Source: Wickerhamiella versatilis (lineage: Eukaryota). From it: DNA of 64,000 nucleotides. Under the pieces are notes generated by a model. It did no database searches. It worked only from the letters and a program-made list of their open reading frames with translations, and was not told the DNA's origin. The translations under genes were made by a program, and so were the position numbers. Numbering within the stretch: position 1 is the first letter of the stretch; each line of letters opens with the position of its first letter. This document shows positions 10,653 to 22,107 of this stretch, one piece after another. The stretch covers positions 1,178,001-1,242,000 of the forward strand of contig JAQOWU010000008.1 of the NCBI GenBank assembly GCA_030867685.1, in the 5' to 3' direction.

Positions 10653-11969
10653 TCATATCAGTCTATAAAGATCTAGTGTTCGGTTCCAATTCCCGCAGGC
10701 TATTTGAAAGTCATGGGTTACGTCCAGAGCCATAATTTTCTCCTGACCGCGTAGTGTCCTTAGAAGCCGCCAGTCGAGTGAACTCCATAATCGAAGCTCA
10801 GCGGCATAAGAAGAAGATGCTAGATAGCCATTTTCCGAAAAACGTAAACCACTGATGATGTTAGTGTGTGCAGGTATTTCAAACGTAGGTCCAGCCTTTC
10901 GAAGATCCCATATAAATATTGACCCATCCGCACCACCAGTTGCAATATCGTAGCCATTAGGTGAACACGCACATGCATATATCTCGCGAATATGCCTGTC
11001 CAGAATCATTACGGTACGGCCAGACCGCAAATCCCAAACACGTCCGATGGCATCATGTCCGCCTGTGACAACGAGAGAACCATCGGGATGAAAGGCTAGT
11101 CCGTGAACCTCCCGCGAATGACCCTCTTGTTCCAACAGACTCAGTTCTTTCTCTGCGTCCCAAAGTCGCCAGGTGTTATCGTACGAACTAGATGCGAGGT
11201 AGCGGCCGAGAGGGTGCCACTCTACTTGTGCTACCCTTGAAGAGTGCCCTTTCAGCGTGGATTCACTCATTGATGTGAATTCATGAAGCTTTACATCCCC
11301 CTCGACCCCACCACTCGCTAGAATGCCATCTCTATTCCAAGCTAATCCACCCACCTTTCCCTCATGTGCATGCGGAAGTGTCTTTTGGACCTCAAGAGAC
11401 TGTGCATCAAGTAAAGTTATCTTTCCGGACCAGTCACCAGCTGCTAGATAATTTTTGTGAAATCTCACCGAAGACACAGGTCTGCCAAAACCCACTTGTG
11501 TGCCAAATAGCCTAAGCTTGGAAGCAGAACTCACAAGGTCTTCTCGGGACTTTAGTGCATTCTGAATCCACAGAGAAACATTGGAATCAAATTCAGCCTT
11601 TCTCTCTCGCTGTGCTAGAAGCCTGGATTCCGCAAGGCGGTGTGTTGTCTCAGCAATTTCACATCGCGCTTGCTGCAAGTTGGGTGAAGCGTCTGTCCAA
11701 AATTCGACCATTGGCTCGTCATATTCGGGTTCTGCAACAGTCTTCCATTCCAGAGATAATCCTTTTTGTTTTCTCAACGCCATTACCCGAGTCAGACGCC
11801 GACGCCGTTCATCGTTTCGTTCCTCTTCACTCAACCTAGGTATCTCTTGAAATACTTTTAATGCATTTTGAACTTCAATATCATTGGTAGGTACTATAAT
11901 ATTTTCACCTATCTGTTCAAGTTCCTGCTCTGCAAGGTAGGTTTGGACCCTCTCAGGGAGTCCTACCAT
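10653..11969 (-). CDS. PRP4: U4/U6 snRNP WD40 protein Prp4
   Basis: N-terminal VPT.D.EV...ERRRRL (SFM-like) region, then WD40 repeats including EQEGHSREV, GRVWDLRSGRTVM and IPAHTNIIS. Confidence 0.88.
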   Translation of the reverse strand: MVGLPERVQTYLAEQELEQIGENIIVPTNDIEVQNALKVFQEIPRLSEEERNDERRRRLTRVMALRKQKGLSLEWKTVAEPEYDEPMVEFWTDASPNLQQARCEIAETTHRLAESRLLAQRERKAEFDSNVSLWIQNALKSREDLVSSASKLRLFGTQVGFGRPVSSVRFHKNYLAAGDWSGKITLLDAQSLEVQKTLPHAHEGKVGGLAWNRDGILASGGVEGDVKLHEFTSMSESTLKGHSSRVAQVEWHPLGRYLASSSYDNTWRLWDAEKELSLLEQEGHSREVHGLAFHPDGSLVVTGGHDAIGRVWDLRSGRTVMILDRHIREIYACACSPNGYDIATGGADGSIFIWDLRKAGPTFEIPAHTNIISGLRFSENGYLASSSYAAELRLWSSLDWRLLRTLRGQEKIMALDVTHDFQIACGNWNRTLDLYRLI

Positions 11970-12056
11970 GCACCTAACCGTTTATTAATAATAGAAGCAT
12001 GCGACTTTTGCACTACATATATTTTATACACTTCCCACAACAGATTGACCCATCAT

Positions 12057-14339
12057 TTAACTAGTGCCCTTAGATGCAAGATTCTGAAGATGAGCCATGA
12101 AAGTTTGCAGGCTGACGTCATCGGTAAGAATCTCCTGAGAATTAAGCTGTCCATAAGTGCCACCTGATTGATATGTCGATGACGGGTTAAGCTTTGATAG
12201 CAAGAAACGTGCCTGAGATGCACCTGCCTCAGTATCAATGAAGCGAGGAAGTGGGAATCTATCAATCAACAACATTGCTGCCTCCTGCCTAGGTGCTTCA
12301 AGCAGCGCTTTGAAATTTTCGTACTCCGGCAAGTCTTGATAACCAGCCTTGCGCCACTCTGCGATAGTTTTACCATGCCAAATGAGAATATGGAAAAATG
12401 TATCGAGTAGCAAGATAACATCATCTTGAATTGACATGCTGTCCAGCAGCACAGGTTCTGGCTCCTCATCGAGCCGGAACTGCATCAGTGTAGGCTGGAT
12501 CATTATCATTGTATTCGTCAAATCTTCCCGGTTCAAACAGTGTCGATAATAAGCAGTTTCGTCTGGCGAGTTATTGAAGACTTGCAAAAACTGCGACCGC
12601 CGAAGATGGAACATAAATTGAGGATAAAGGGTGAAATTTTGGGCAAGACGGAAAGTGTCTGCTCTGTCCTTCTTATAATCGGCAAATTTTTGACAGAGAC
12701 GGATAAGCATGCGATCAGTCCAGCGTAATATATCAGCCCCTTCACCTGTTTGAGCCTTGAAAATTGCTATTCTTGCCATGAGTGCCGCTGCGGCCTCTTG
12801 GTCGAAGCTACGACTCAGATTGACATCTCCTGGCTTTACCATGTTACGAACCAACGTGGTTACCCGTAATCTGTATGTACCACTTGAATGTTGGTAGTGC
12901 GTTAGGAACTGGATATGAGCCGGTGACGGCTGGCTCAAAGTTGAACCCGCAGAATTTTGAGCTACCTCAAAATATACACCGTACGTATGCGCAGGTGTGA
13001 TGTTACAGATACGCCACTGCGACGTACCTCCAATGCCAACGTCCGTATCGCTAACATTTGCGTTTTTATGGTTAGTTGAAACACAGTGACCAATCACGCC
13101 TGAAACCTTGAGATCCCTTGTCGTAAGAACGTCAAATGTGGCGTTGAAACCCATAACAAGATTGCCCTGATCATCCTTGCTGAAGACACGCTGCAAACTC
13201 TGCTTGAATATAGATGTTGTGAACGCGTCATTCAGAACCATTACACCACCAGTAGAATTGCTGAGACTTTGCATCTCATGCAGTCCCACTTGGTCGTAAC
13301 AACCAACAAAAATGTCGACAGCATGACCATGTTGCGATGCACGCTTAGCCAACCCTTCATAATATTTTCGGGCCTTAGACTCATGCTTTGCAGAATCACG
13401 GTCAATATCATGATGGGACCTAATAGGCTCGCGCAACTCTGTGCCAACCACAAGACCAGGTCCTTCCGTCGGGGCACCAGCAGCAAAAAGCATACATCGT
13501 GCGCCACTGCTAGGCAGGACTGTTTCGAGCAACGACAGTGCAATTGAAACAGCAACACCCGTGCAACGAGTTGCACGATGCTCATTGCGAACTTCCCAGG
13601 GATCCACGCGAAGTTGTTCAATTGCTTTGGTGAGTTCAAATTCGCACTGCTGAACCGGCAAAAGGAAACGCGATAGTGCTGGATTAGGGGGCATCATTCC
13701 TGCTCTCGCACCAGGTTGCACAGCAGGCCTCGAGGATAAACCCAGCATGTCCTGGACTTGTTTTGTCGTGTATCCTGTGTTACCGCGGAACACATATGAC
13801 TTAGAACACGCGGAATAACCTAACTCATAGACCTGAGTCATGGCACCAAACGTGACCAGACCGACAAGCGCATTTGGAGGCAACAAGGACATGACCACAA
13901 GAAGAGAGTCGCGTAAGGCTTGAAGGTTTTCCTCATCTTGGCAAAGATCCACAACGAAAAGGAATGCAGGCGGCGTACTAACAGGCCTGCTCAGGACATA
14001 CTCAATAGTGCTTGATTGTGCTTGAAGTTCGTGAGGCAACGACTCCGGACTGATATCCCTGTAGTGTTGAGGCAAAGGGTTTCGTGACAAGCAAAAAGGA
14101 CAAACCCATATCTGCCCGCGCATATCAAGCTGGCAAAATGGATTAAGAACAGCTCGACAAGGGGCGCGACAACACGTAACAGGCTCATATTGCAGTACCG
14201 AGAGATCCGTTTTCTCCCTAAGTGGCGTGTAAAGAGCACTTACAGGAACAACTACCCGCGTGGCTTCAACCTTGGTAGCAGGGAAACAGTTCCATGCCAG
14301 GCGAACGCCATCTAGATCCTCATACTCCTCGAAGTTCAT
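12057..14339 (-). CDS. SEC23: COPII coat GAP Sec23
   Basis: DGVRLAWN, Zn finger (C..C / WVCPFC), [31 protein letters not shown] and [13 protein letters not shown]. Confidence 0.97.
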   Translation of the reverse strand: MNFEEYEDLDGVRLAWNCFPATKVEATRVVVPVSALYTPLREKTDLSVLQYEPVTCCRAPCRAVLNPFCQLDMRGQIWVCPFCLSRNPLPQHYRDISPESLPHELQAQSSTIEYVLSRPVSTPPAFLFVVDLCQDEENLQALRDSLLVVMSLLPPNALVGLVTFGAMTQVYELGYSACSKSYVFRGNTGYTTKQVQDMLGLSSRPAVQPGARAGMMPPNPALSRFLLPVQQCEFELTKAIEQLRVDPWEVRNEHRATRCTGVAVSIALSLLETVLPSSGARCMLFAAGAPTEGPGLVVGTELREPIRSHHDIDRDSAKHESKARKYYEGLAKRASQHGHAVDIFVGCYDQVGLHEMQSLSNSTGGVMVLNDAFTTSIFKQSLQRVFSKDDQGNLVMGFNATFDVLTTRDLKVSGVIGHCVSTNHKNANVSDTDVGIGGTSQWRICNITPAHTYGVYFEVAQNSAGSTLSQPSPAHIQFLTHYQHSSGTYRLRVTTLVRNMVKPGDVNLSRSFDQEAAAALMARIAIFKAQTGEGADILRWTDRMLIRLCQKFADYKKDRADTFRLAQNFTLYPQFMFHLRRSQFLQVFNNSPDETAYYRHCLNREDLTNTMIMIQPTLMQFRLDEEPEPVLLDSMSIQDDVILLLDTFFHILIWHGKTIAEWRKAGYQDLPEYENFKALLEAPRQEAAMLLIDRFPLPRFIDTEAGASQARFLLSKLNPSSTYQSGGTYGQLNSQEILTDDVSLQTFMAHLQNLASKGTS

Positions 14340-14711
14340 CTGCCACCGTGTCGATGGGGTAGAGCGAGTGTGCTTACTAACAACAATGGTAGTGTTAGCT
14401 GTACCATGTTCCCTACCCTACCCTCACCACAGGTATATCGAGATAAATTGAGGTTGACCATTTAATTATAGGCCATATCTATTATTGCAGGATAGCTGTA
14501 CTATGTGTAGACTTAAATTCCAGTAGAGAGGGGTGTCAAGAAATAGTTTCCGGATTTTCCGAACGCAGATATTCTTTTGTCGCATTTCCAGAAAGGTTTA
14601 AATTTTTGGCTTGTCTCGGAAGTACGCGAAAATAATTTGGGTATGGCGTCTAACTTGCCATTTACTGTTAGCAGTTGAGACGTTCCGCTTGCTGTCCGGT
14701 CGAGGTTTGTC

Positions 14712-15884
14712 ATGCTGGTCATCCTTGGGGGAGTACTTGTCCGCATTGCCCTGAATGTTTTTTTCCCTGGGTTCCTACGTGTTCTCGGGGATCGAGTCGA
14801 GCTGTCGACTGCAGTGACCAGCTTTAAGCGTCTGAAAGAGGGCCTGTTTCTTCTACAAAACTCCATGGACCCATATGCTGGAGGACCTTTCCACGCGTCA
14901 CCGCTTCTACTCTACCTAATCTCAATATTTCCTCCATCTAATCTTGTCTATTCAGTCGTATTTGCATTATTGGATGGCTATGCAGCCTGGAATCTAGCTG
15001 AGATAGCGAAGCGAAGACCGAAACAGAGCTTCAGCCCGAGTTTTACAGCAGCTGTTTATCTTTTTAACCCCTTTACAATGCTGGGTACCCTTGCTCGCTC
15101 GACCTTGTCTTTTACCAATGCTGCAATTATTATTTCGGTATCTGCTGCTGTCCGTCAAAGGCCTGTACAAGCTGCCGCATTCCTGGCTCTAGCAACATGC
15201 CTATCTTGGTATCCAATATATTTGTTCTTCCCTTTGTGTGTCATTTGTTTGCAATATGATCATAGAGCCAAGAGTATTGTAAGGTACATGTGCTTAGCAT
15301 TTTGCGCGTTCATTGGTGTATTTCTCGTTCTGGAATACCTGCCACTCGGTTCATGGGGATTTTTACAGCATCAAATTGATACGCAACTTTTCTTAAGCGA
15401 CCTCACGGCTCCTAACTTGGGCCTATGGTGGTACTTTTTTATTGAAATGTTTGATGGCTTCAGACCATTTTTTTTGGGCGCCTTTCAACTGTTTATTGCC
15501 ATTTTCCCAGCACCTTTGACTATAAGATTTCCTCATCACCCGTTATTTGTTGTTGCAGCCCTTGTAGGGCTAATGGCAATTTTCAAACCGTACCCCGAAG
15601 TTTCGGATGTGGGACTGTACTTTAGTCTTTTAGTGCTCAATCGTCGTATCTGTGAGCTTCTCGAGTTTTGGCTGGTAACGGGACTGGGGTTGCTTTATTG
15701 TAGTGCTTTAGCACCAACATTCTTCAACCTGTGGATAGAAATCGGCTCAGGAAATGCAAACTTCTTTTATGCTATTACACTAGTATATGCACTTGTAATG
15801 GTTGTATCTATTGCTGATGCTACGTGGTCTGCTCTTCGGGACGATTATGATGGCGGTCGCGCGACAAATCTCACGCAAATCTAA
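14712..15884 (+). CDS. GAB1: GPI transamidase subunit PIG-U/Cdc91
   Basis: RVELSTAVTSFKRLKEG, YLFNPF, PNLGLWWYFFIEMF and GSGNANFFYAITLV motifs. Confidence 0.92.
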   Translation: MLVILGGVLVRIALNVFFPGFLRVLGDRVELSTAVTSFKRLKEGLFLLQNSMDPYAGGPFHASPLLLYLISIFPPSNLVYSVVFALLDGYAAWNLAEIAKRRPKQSFSPSFTAAVYLFNPFTMLGTLARSTLSFTNAAIIISVSAAVRQRPVQAAAFLALATCLSWYPIYLFFPLCVICLQYDHRAKSIVRYMCLAFCAFIGVFLVLEYLPLGSWGFLQHQIDTQLFLSDLTAPNLGLWWYFFIEMFDGFRPFFLGAFQLFIAIFPAPLTIRFPHHPLFVVAALVGLMAIFKPYPEVSDVGLYFSLLVLNRRICELLEFWLVTGLGLLYCSALAPTFFNLWIEIGSGNANFFYAITLVYALVMVVSIADATWSALRDDYDGGRATNLTQI

Positions 15885-16045
15885 ACTTTTTTTCTAGGAA
15901 AATTAGAACAAAATTCTTAACCCTTATTCCATATCATGATATTTCCTTTTCAGGAATATTCAAATAATAAATAGGTGACATTTAAGTCGTTTTTTACCGG
16001 AAATGTCAAAAAGTAAATTGGTGTACCTACCTCTTTTGACTCAGC

Positions 16046-16282
16046 ATGCCTAAGGGTCTCAACCCGCAGCCCTTCCTACATGGTCTACGTGGAGAGCAAG
16101 TTATAGTGAGACTTAAATGGGGACATACGGAATACAAAGGAAAGCTGGTATCTACAGATGTTTATATGAATCTCCAACTTGAAGATGCGGAAGAGATTAT
16201 TGACGGTGAAAACAAAGGCAACTTAGATGAGATTATGATTCGATGCAACAACGTCATGTGGGTAGGCCGTGTAGAACAGTAA
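16046..16282 (+). CDS. SMX3: Sm core protein F
   Basis: NPQPFL, VRLKWG.TEYKG.LVS.D.YMNLQL and IRCNNV Sm motifs. Confidence 0.92.
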   Translation: MPKGLNPQPFLHGLRGEQVIVRLKWGHTEYKGKLVSTDVYMNLQLEDAEEIIDGENKGNLDEIMIRCNNVMWVGRVEQ

Positions 16283-16382
16283 TCGTTTGATACTTTCCGA
16301 TGTAGGTAACTATCCAGTATACTACTTGCAGAACCCAACCTAATTAATCTTCAGCTGTTCCAGTTAGATTTAGCAGGGTTTC

Positions 16383-17981
16383 ATGTGCCTGCCCCAAGAA
16401 CACGCTGCAATGCCTCTAGAGAGCGGTATAATGCCATTGGCTGTCAATGATAATAACAGGATGTATGCGTATGCACATGGAGTGGGAACGAAGCGCCCAG
16501 CTGCACCTCCGCTTAGTGCCGAGAAAAAAGCTAAACAAACCGCTAAGCCCTCAAGGATAGTCCTTGCCCCATTTGCCAACGTTTATCGCCCCACGGATGT
16601 TTGCCATCCTCCTGTATTGATGAGAAATTCGTCTAATTCGCCTGTTGTCCCGATATATCGCGAGCGTAAAGTGGCACAATATGATAGTGCTGAGAAAAAA
16701 GACATCGATGAGCCTAACTCACAGGCTGTCTCGCCTTCTGAAGAGAAAGTATGCTCTCCCGATATCGCAGAATTTATTGGCAATGATTCAGAGACCGAGT
16801 CTCTTGGAGATCAGCAGTCAGATAAGGACCCGTCACCAGATACGCCCTCCCCTGAACCTGCATCTGAGCCGACTCCCGCACAAAGCGAAAAAGATTCATC
16901 CCCATTATGGACAGCACCTACTGCATCGCCATCTCCAAGCTCTTTAGATATCGCATCAGCCTTACTGAGAGCAGTAGATGGAGGTGATGCTAAATTTCAC
17001 TCCGTATTCACAGTATTATCTTCACAATTGATATCTGCACTAAAGATGCTTCATGTCCCAGTAGATTTTAGATTCGCGTTTCGGGAGTTTGCGGGAAACT
17101 TGAATTTAGCACTCAAGCGGTTCGGACCAGGATCTGCAGAGGTCGATAGTGCACCTCCTGCTGAGAATTGGATTTTACCTTTCGTGATTCCTTGGCTCCA
17201 CATCGATACACCCAGTGATGAGCATGCAATTGCATTCAATGACGCCTGTGAGTGGATATGCCTTCTAGCTGGATGGACTCAAGCTATTTTAAATGAACCC
17301 TGGAACCTGATTGTTGAAGCCATGGCACTTCCTCGTGAAGATATAGCTGAATGGGCGACCAGCACTGCATTGACGATTCTTGCTCGATGTGAATGTAGAC
17401 ATGACATGATCTGTCGAACAATCCTTTTGAGGCACGCCACAATGGGGTTTGATGAACCGCAAATGGCTGGTTTCAGAATGCGACGCCTTAGGCTGTTAGA
17501 TTTTGTGACTCAAAAAGCAGCCCAAGAAGAAGCAGCGGACTCACGTAGTGCGATATATGAACTCATACATGAATTCGAGGCTGCTTGTTGTAACGAGCCA
17601 AATGATGAAGTCAGAGATGCAGCAGTGGCCAGCCTTGAGAAAGCACGATATCTTCAGTCCAACTCTCTTGTATTAAGCTCACCCTCGCCTAGTGCTTCTC
17701 AGAGCTTTCGCGAATGCTTGTCAGCCACTAGCTGTCCCCTGGAATTGCGGTCAACAGACTCCAAATCACTCAGAAGGCATTACAGATGGCAGAAACTGAA
17801 AAGCATTTTTCGTGTCCGGCGTAGGGAGGTTCCAAATTATGAAGTACCCGATAACGAGAGCGCTGTAAGCTCTGACATTGAGTTTCCTACTGCTAGGTCT
17901 ATCGCGAGTGGTTCATTATTTCGAAGATTTAGAGATCACATGCGACTGGCTCGCAATGAGGTGCCAAACACCACTGATTAG
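16383..17981 (+). CDS. Hypothetical protein (orphan; disordered Ser/Pro-rich N-terminus, helical core)
   Basis: 532-codon ORF filling the space between genes. No family recognised; start uncertain (several Mets). Confidence 0.7.
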   Translation: MCLPQEHAAMPLESGIMPLAVNDNNRMYAYAHGVGTKRPAAPPLSAEKKAKQTAKPSRIVLAPFANVYRPTDVCHPPVLMRNSSNSPVVPIYRERKVAQYDSAEKKDIDEPNSQAVSPSEEKVCSPDIAEFIGNDSETESLGDQQSDKDPSPDTPSPEPASEPTPAQSEKDSSPLWTAPTASPSPSSLDIASALLRAVDGGDAKFHSVFTVLSSQLISALKMLHVPVDFRFAFREFAGNLNLALKRFGPGSAEVDSAPPAENWILPFVIPWLHIDTPSDEHAIAFNDACEWICLLAGWTQAILNEPWNLIVEAMALPREDIAEWATSTALTILARCECRHDMICRTILLRHATMGFDEPQMAGFRMRRLRLLDFVTQKAAQEEAADSRSAIYELIHEFEAACCNEPNDEVRDAAVASLEKARYLQSNSLVLSSPSPSASQSFRECLSATSCPLELRSTDSKSLRRHYRWQKLKSIFRVRRREVPNYEVPDNESAVSSDIEFPTARSIASGSLFRRFRDHMRLARNEVPNTTD

Positions 17982-18273
17982 CACACATGAGATATGATAT
18001 TGTTACCAGTGCAGATCCTCTAACCTACACCCTAACCTTTGAGTCACCTGCCCTGCAAAACGCTCCTCAAATATTCAACAACAAATAGGGCCTTTAAAGC
18101 TTTCCCAGCGATTTATTTTCATGTAGAAACCAAGCTATACAATTTATTCATATATTTCTATCCTCTAACAGCTTTGGATCGAGTCATTAAAGCGTACGTA
18201 AAAGTAGTAGCTTGCTTATGCATATAGATGTATACTTAGTCGTTATAGTTGCTACCACGTCTGACATCCTAAC

Positions 18274-19443
18274 ATGCCGTTGAATGATCCTAACGTTGAA
18301 GGTTTTCAAATAGTCTCGAGCCTGGTCCAAACGTTTTGGAACAAGAAAGACCACAAATTTGTGAATGGTAACAATTGTTCAGACTCCATTAACGGCACCT
18401 TTTGCGTTTGGCCGGTGGCTGTGGTAGTGCAAGGGATAGTTGATGCTGCACGTATCAACAAGAACTATGTGCCTTTAATGTATGACGCTCTGCAGGCATT
18501 TAACCATTATTATGACCCCAATAACCACGCATACACCGCTACGGAGTATTTTGATGGAAACGACGACATTTACTATGACGACAATGCCCAAGTTGCATCT
18601 TGCTTCTTGACAGCGTATGAAATTACCCAGGACAAAGCCATTTTAGACCGGGGACTTGAACTGGTCAACTTTCTGATGACCGGGAGAACGGAAGAAGGCG
18701 CTGTGTCTTGGCACGTGAGCAAGCGGGGCCCCAACGCTTGCACGACTGCGGAGGTGGGTATTGCCTGTGCGCGACTCGCTAGATTTGTCGAAAATAGTGA
18801 GCCATATATCAAATTCGCGCAAGACTGCCATTATTACATTTTCTCAAAATTGATTGACGGGGATGGACTGGTTAGGGATTCTGATCATGAGGCCATGAAA
18901 TGGACTTATAACCAAGGAACTCCACTGACTCTTAGTGCTCTTCTGTATAACCATACCAAGAACGAGGCGTATTTTAAGAATGCGCAAGCACTCGTGAATG
19001 CCGTGACTGATACGAACCAGGAAATATTCGACCGGGATACAGGTGATCACAGCAAGAGGTTTTATCGCGATAGCTTGAAATTTTACCAGTTACTCTGTGA
19101 AGGATTTGCGGATTTCACGCTTTTCTTCGGTGAGAAAGACCAGGAAGCTACGCAAAAAATCGCAGACATCGTTAATCGCCACTTATTCCTGATCTTCACC
19201 TACATGCGGTTTCCAGGACAGGCAAGCTTATACAGCGGTGAACTCTCTATAAACAAGATAGATGAGGTCCGCTGTGATATTTTCAATAAACTCACAGGTG
19301 AGAATAAAGGGTTTGAATGTGAAGGCAGTGAGAGAGAAGGCGGTGATGGATCAAAAAATCTTGTTCCTAACTTCATGAATGCAGGTGCAGCATCTCGTGT
19401 ATTTTTCCAGAGTGCTCGTATATTGCCGCATGTAAACTTTTAA
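18274..19443 (+). CDS. Glycoside hydrolase family 76 (alpha-1,6-mannanase-like), no signal peptide
   Basis: YYDDNAQ catalytic Asp pair, NACTT, KWTYNQG and DGLVRD motifs. Confidence 0.8.
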   Translation: MPLNDPNVEGFQIVSSLVQTFWNKKDHKFVNGNNCSDSINGTFCVWPVAVVVQGIVDAARINKNYVPLMYDALQAFNHYYDPNNHAYTATEYFDGNDDIYYDDNAQVASCFLTAYEITQDKAILDRGLELVNFLMTGRTEEGAVSWHVSKRGPNACTTAEVGIACARLARFVENSEPYIKFAQDCHYYIFSKLIDGDGLVRDSDHEAMKWTYNQGTPLTLSALLYNHTKNEAYFKNAQALVNAVTDTNQEIFDRDTGDHSKRFYRDSLKFYQLLCEGFADFTLFFGEKDQEATQKIADIVNRHLFLIFTYMRFPGQASLYSGELSINKIDEVRCDIFNKLTGENKGFECEGSEREGGDGSKNLVPNFMNAGAASRVFFQSARILPHVNF

Positions 19444-19524
19444 GCTAGTATAAATTGAACCTGTAAATAAGAAATAAATAAAATTGAATGGCTGTCTAGC
19501 CTCTCTGTGGATTACATAAACCGA

Positions 19525-20298
19525 ATGGAGCCGGCGCAGGGTGAAGCGCAGGTGGAAGAAGCACCTTCTAAGTCTGTTACACCTCCAGCTGATGTTAATA
19601 TGGATACGGCACAGGTTCGAGACAACGCCATATTTCTATCAGGGGTGAATGATCTTAACACTAAAGATGTCGAGAAGTTTGTTCTTCATAATTACAAGCG
19701 ACCTTTTTATATGGAATGGATCAGTGACCAACATGTGAACATTATATACGACGATCCTGAGGATGCATTCCAGGCTCTTGTTGCCATGACAGACGAGAAA
19801 GAATTTGAAGCACCGGATCCGATAGCACCTACTCAACTTCGTCATCTCAAGCCGCATCCCTCAATTCCAAATGTAGAAATAACTGCCAGATTTGCCACTG
19901 AAGATGATCGCAAACCGTCTGATTCGAGAAAACGTAGTGAATATTATGCAAGACATGGTGAGCCAACGCGAAATGACTACCTTAAGAGATTTGGTACCAG
20001 GCGTTCTGCACCGATGCAATTCGGCCAGAAAAACATTCTTAAAAAGTCGCGCCATGAGGAGCGTGATATGAGTGGAGATCTTTTCCCTGATAAGACAGAA
20101 GGTAGCTCTAGTGCCAAGAATGATGACCTCTTCCCAAGTAAACTAAGATCCGGAGCAGGTGTCGGGAAGAAGAGAGGTGGACGCAGAAATAGAAAGCGAC
20201 TTCGTAATAAGCTTGGCGAGGCTATGGAAACCGATGAGATTGCACCAGAAAAACCTGCTGCTAACGGCGAGAGCATCTACAGCAATATGCAGTACTGA
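19525..20298 (+). CDS. NCBP3/DUF2414-like nuclear cap-binding RRM protein
   Basis: IFLSGVNDLNTKDV, MEWISD..VNII, RFATEDDRK...SEYY and DLFP repeats. First ATG is at 19525. Confidence 0.75.
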   Translation: MEPAQGEAQVEEAPSKSVTPPADVNMDTAQVRDNAIFLSGVNDLNTKDVEKFVLHNYKRPFYMEWISDQHVNIIYDDPEDAFQALVAMTDEKEFEAPDPIAPTQLRHLKPHPSIPNVEITARFATEDDRKPSDSRKRSEYYARHGEPTRNDYLKRFGTRRSAPMQFGQKNILKKSRHEERDMSGDLFPDKTEGSSSAKNDDLFPSKLRSGAGVGKKRGGRRNRKRLRNKLGEAMETDEIAPEKPAANGESIYSNMQY

Positions 20299-20325
20299 AT
20301 TTAGAACTAAATCTATACAATTACA

Positions 20326-22107
20326 TTAATAACCTCTTCGATGGTGTGCCCGATCACGAGCCGTTGCCGGAATAGATTGCTGCTGATCCATCACAATTTT
20401 AGTTGAAGTCTTGTAATTCTCGATTTCTGCCTCAAGCCTTTTTATCTGATCAGTAAGAGCGGCCGCTTTACTATTGTTGGCCAACTCAATAACTTTGACA
20501 GCATTTCCGTCTGCCTTTTCTTTAAGTTCCTCAAGCTGCGCAGCCATAGCATCTCTTTCCATCTTCATTTCCTGAGCAGCCGTCGACGCGTTTCGATACT
20601 GCTCGATAGCTACTTGTTCTTTCGCAGTATGAGCAGTATTATGGCGTTCTGCACTTTCCAGCTTTTCTTCAAGTTCTTGCATTTTCCTAGTTGCTTCTGC
20701 CAATTTGAGCTCCGTAGATGAAGAATCCCCCTTTTCCTGTAGTTGTGCTATAAGCGTATCATAACGCTCTTCAAAGTGCCTTAAGCGATCATTGAATCGA
20801 TCTTTTTCAGAACGTAAACGATCTACCCTGTCCTCTAATTTTTTGCACTTTTGCTCAAAGTCGTTCTTTGACCTTACTTGATTGGCCATTTCTGCCCTGA
20901 GCGTGTCGACCTCCAGCTGGCGCCGTGAAGCTAATTCACGATGGCTTGAAAGTTCCTCAGACTGCCTTCGATTAATCTCGCTTAATGATGCAAGCTTCGA
21001 AGTAAGCTCATCTACTTTAGCTTCAATATTTTGGTCGTGTGAGATGCTTGGTTTGACGTCTGAGCTGACACCATTCTCCTCCTCCTTGACGTTCGAGTTA
21101 GGTATAGTCTTGGCTCGCTTGCTATCGGGCTCGGTGAGTTCAGGAGCATGAAGTGATCGATCTACATCACGTGTACCGTACACCACCAGGGCGTCCGGAC
21201 GACCTAGGGGCCAGGGTCCATCCATGTCATTAAACCAGGGTCGCAAAGGCAGCAAGTCACATTCGAAAACTTTTTGTTGTTTAGGAGGAATCTCCCCTGC
21301 TTGCATACGATTAACGACAGCACTTGCTATGCGGTCTTTGAATCCAAAGCTGGGGTCTAACATCGCATGTTGGGCGGATTTCAGGGGAACCAGACGTACC
21401 AGAGGTGCAAGCGGTTTTCTACGCGTGGGATCACGAAGCTGAGCTCTGAGACCATTTGCATAAGGACTGCTCACATCAAAAGCATTGTCAATAACTATCA
21501 TCATATCGAAAGGCGCATTGACAGAGGCGGTCAAGTCCCTAAGGTCAGCAGGAACTAAATGGAAAAAAGTGCGATTTTTCTCAATATGCGTATTTTCACG
21601 AACCCGTTTACCTGAATAACGTTGAACATTCACAGGCTTATCCAAAAGATATGCTTCAACCAGATCAGTAGTCCTACCTGCATCCGCAATAACTCCTACA
21701 TGCTTTCCATAGAGCTCCAACGCACGCGCGAGCATCCCCAATACTTTAAACTTCCCAGAAAACTCCTCTAATTTTCGTGGGGCCTCCTTGTTAATCAATG
21801 AGTGGGGCACATACTGCACAATAAGTAGACCGGGATGAGTACCACAAAGATCAAGCTGCTCAAGCATGGATTTAAGCTTGTCCACCAAGCTTTGAAATTG
21901 ATTGTCCGACGGTGCGCAGAAAAATTTAAGGATTTCAGAGTATGTACTGCTGATAACTCGGTCGTATAGATCGGCCTGGATAGGTACCATCGGGACAGGT
22001 AGAATGTAGTCGCCAGTTACATCTGGCGTGATACTTTCAGGAAGCATATCATGTAGCTGCGCTGTGTTTCCACTCTCGCCTACCGCTAATATACGGTCAA
22101 GCTCCAT
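20326..22107 (-). CDS. HDA3: HDA1 histone deacetylase complex subunit 3
   Basis: MELDRIL, GDYILP, YSEILKFF, THP.LL..Y.P.SLI, SGKF and GRTTDLVEA match the Hda3 N-domain, followed by a C-terminal coiled coil. Likely start 22107; an upstream ATG exists at 22176. Confidence 0.82.
   Translation of the reverse strand: MELDRILAVGESGNTAQLHDMLPESITPDVTGDYILPVPMVPIQADLYDRVISSTYSEILKFFCAPSDNQFQSLVDKLKSMLEQLDLCGTHPGLLIVQYVPHSLINKEAPRKLEEFSGKFKVLGMLARALELYGKHVGVIADAGRTTDLVEAYLLDKPVNVQRYSGKRVRENTHIEKNRTFFHLVPADLRDLTASVNAPFDMMIVIDNAFDVSSPYANGLRAQLRDPTRRKPLAPLVRLVPLKSAQHAMLDPSFGFKDRIASAVVNRMQAGEIPPKQQKVFECDLLPLRPWFNDMDGPWPLGRPDALVVYGTRDVDRSLHAPELTEPDSKRAKTIPNSNVKEEENGVSSDVKPSISHDQNIEAKVDELTSKLASLSEINRRQSEELSSHRELASRRQLEVDTLRAEMANQVRSKNDFEQKCKKLEDRVDRLRSEKDRFNDRLRHFEERYDTLIAQLQEKGDSSSTELKLAEATRKMQELEEKLESAERHNTAHTAKEQVAIEQYRNASTAAQEMKMERDAMAAQLEELKEKADGNAVKVIELANNSKAAALTDQIKRLEAEIENYKTSTKIVMDQQQSIPATARDRAHHRRGY

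Noticed and set aside
14411-14430. (CCCTA)n-like tract as a telomeric or G-quadruplex element
   Set aside because: Only three GGG runs over about 18 bp; too short to support.
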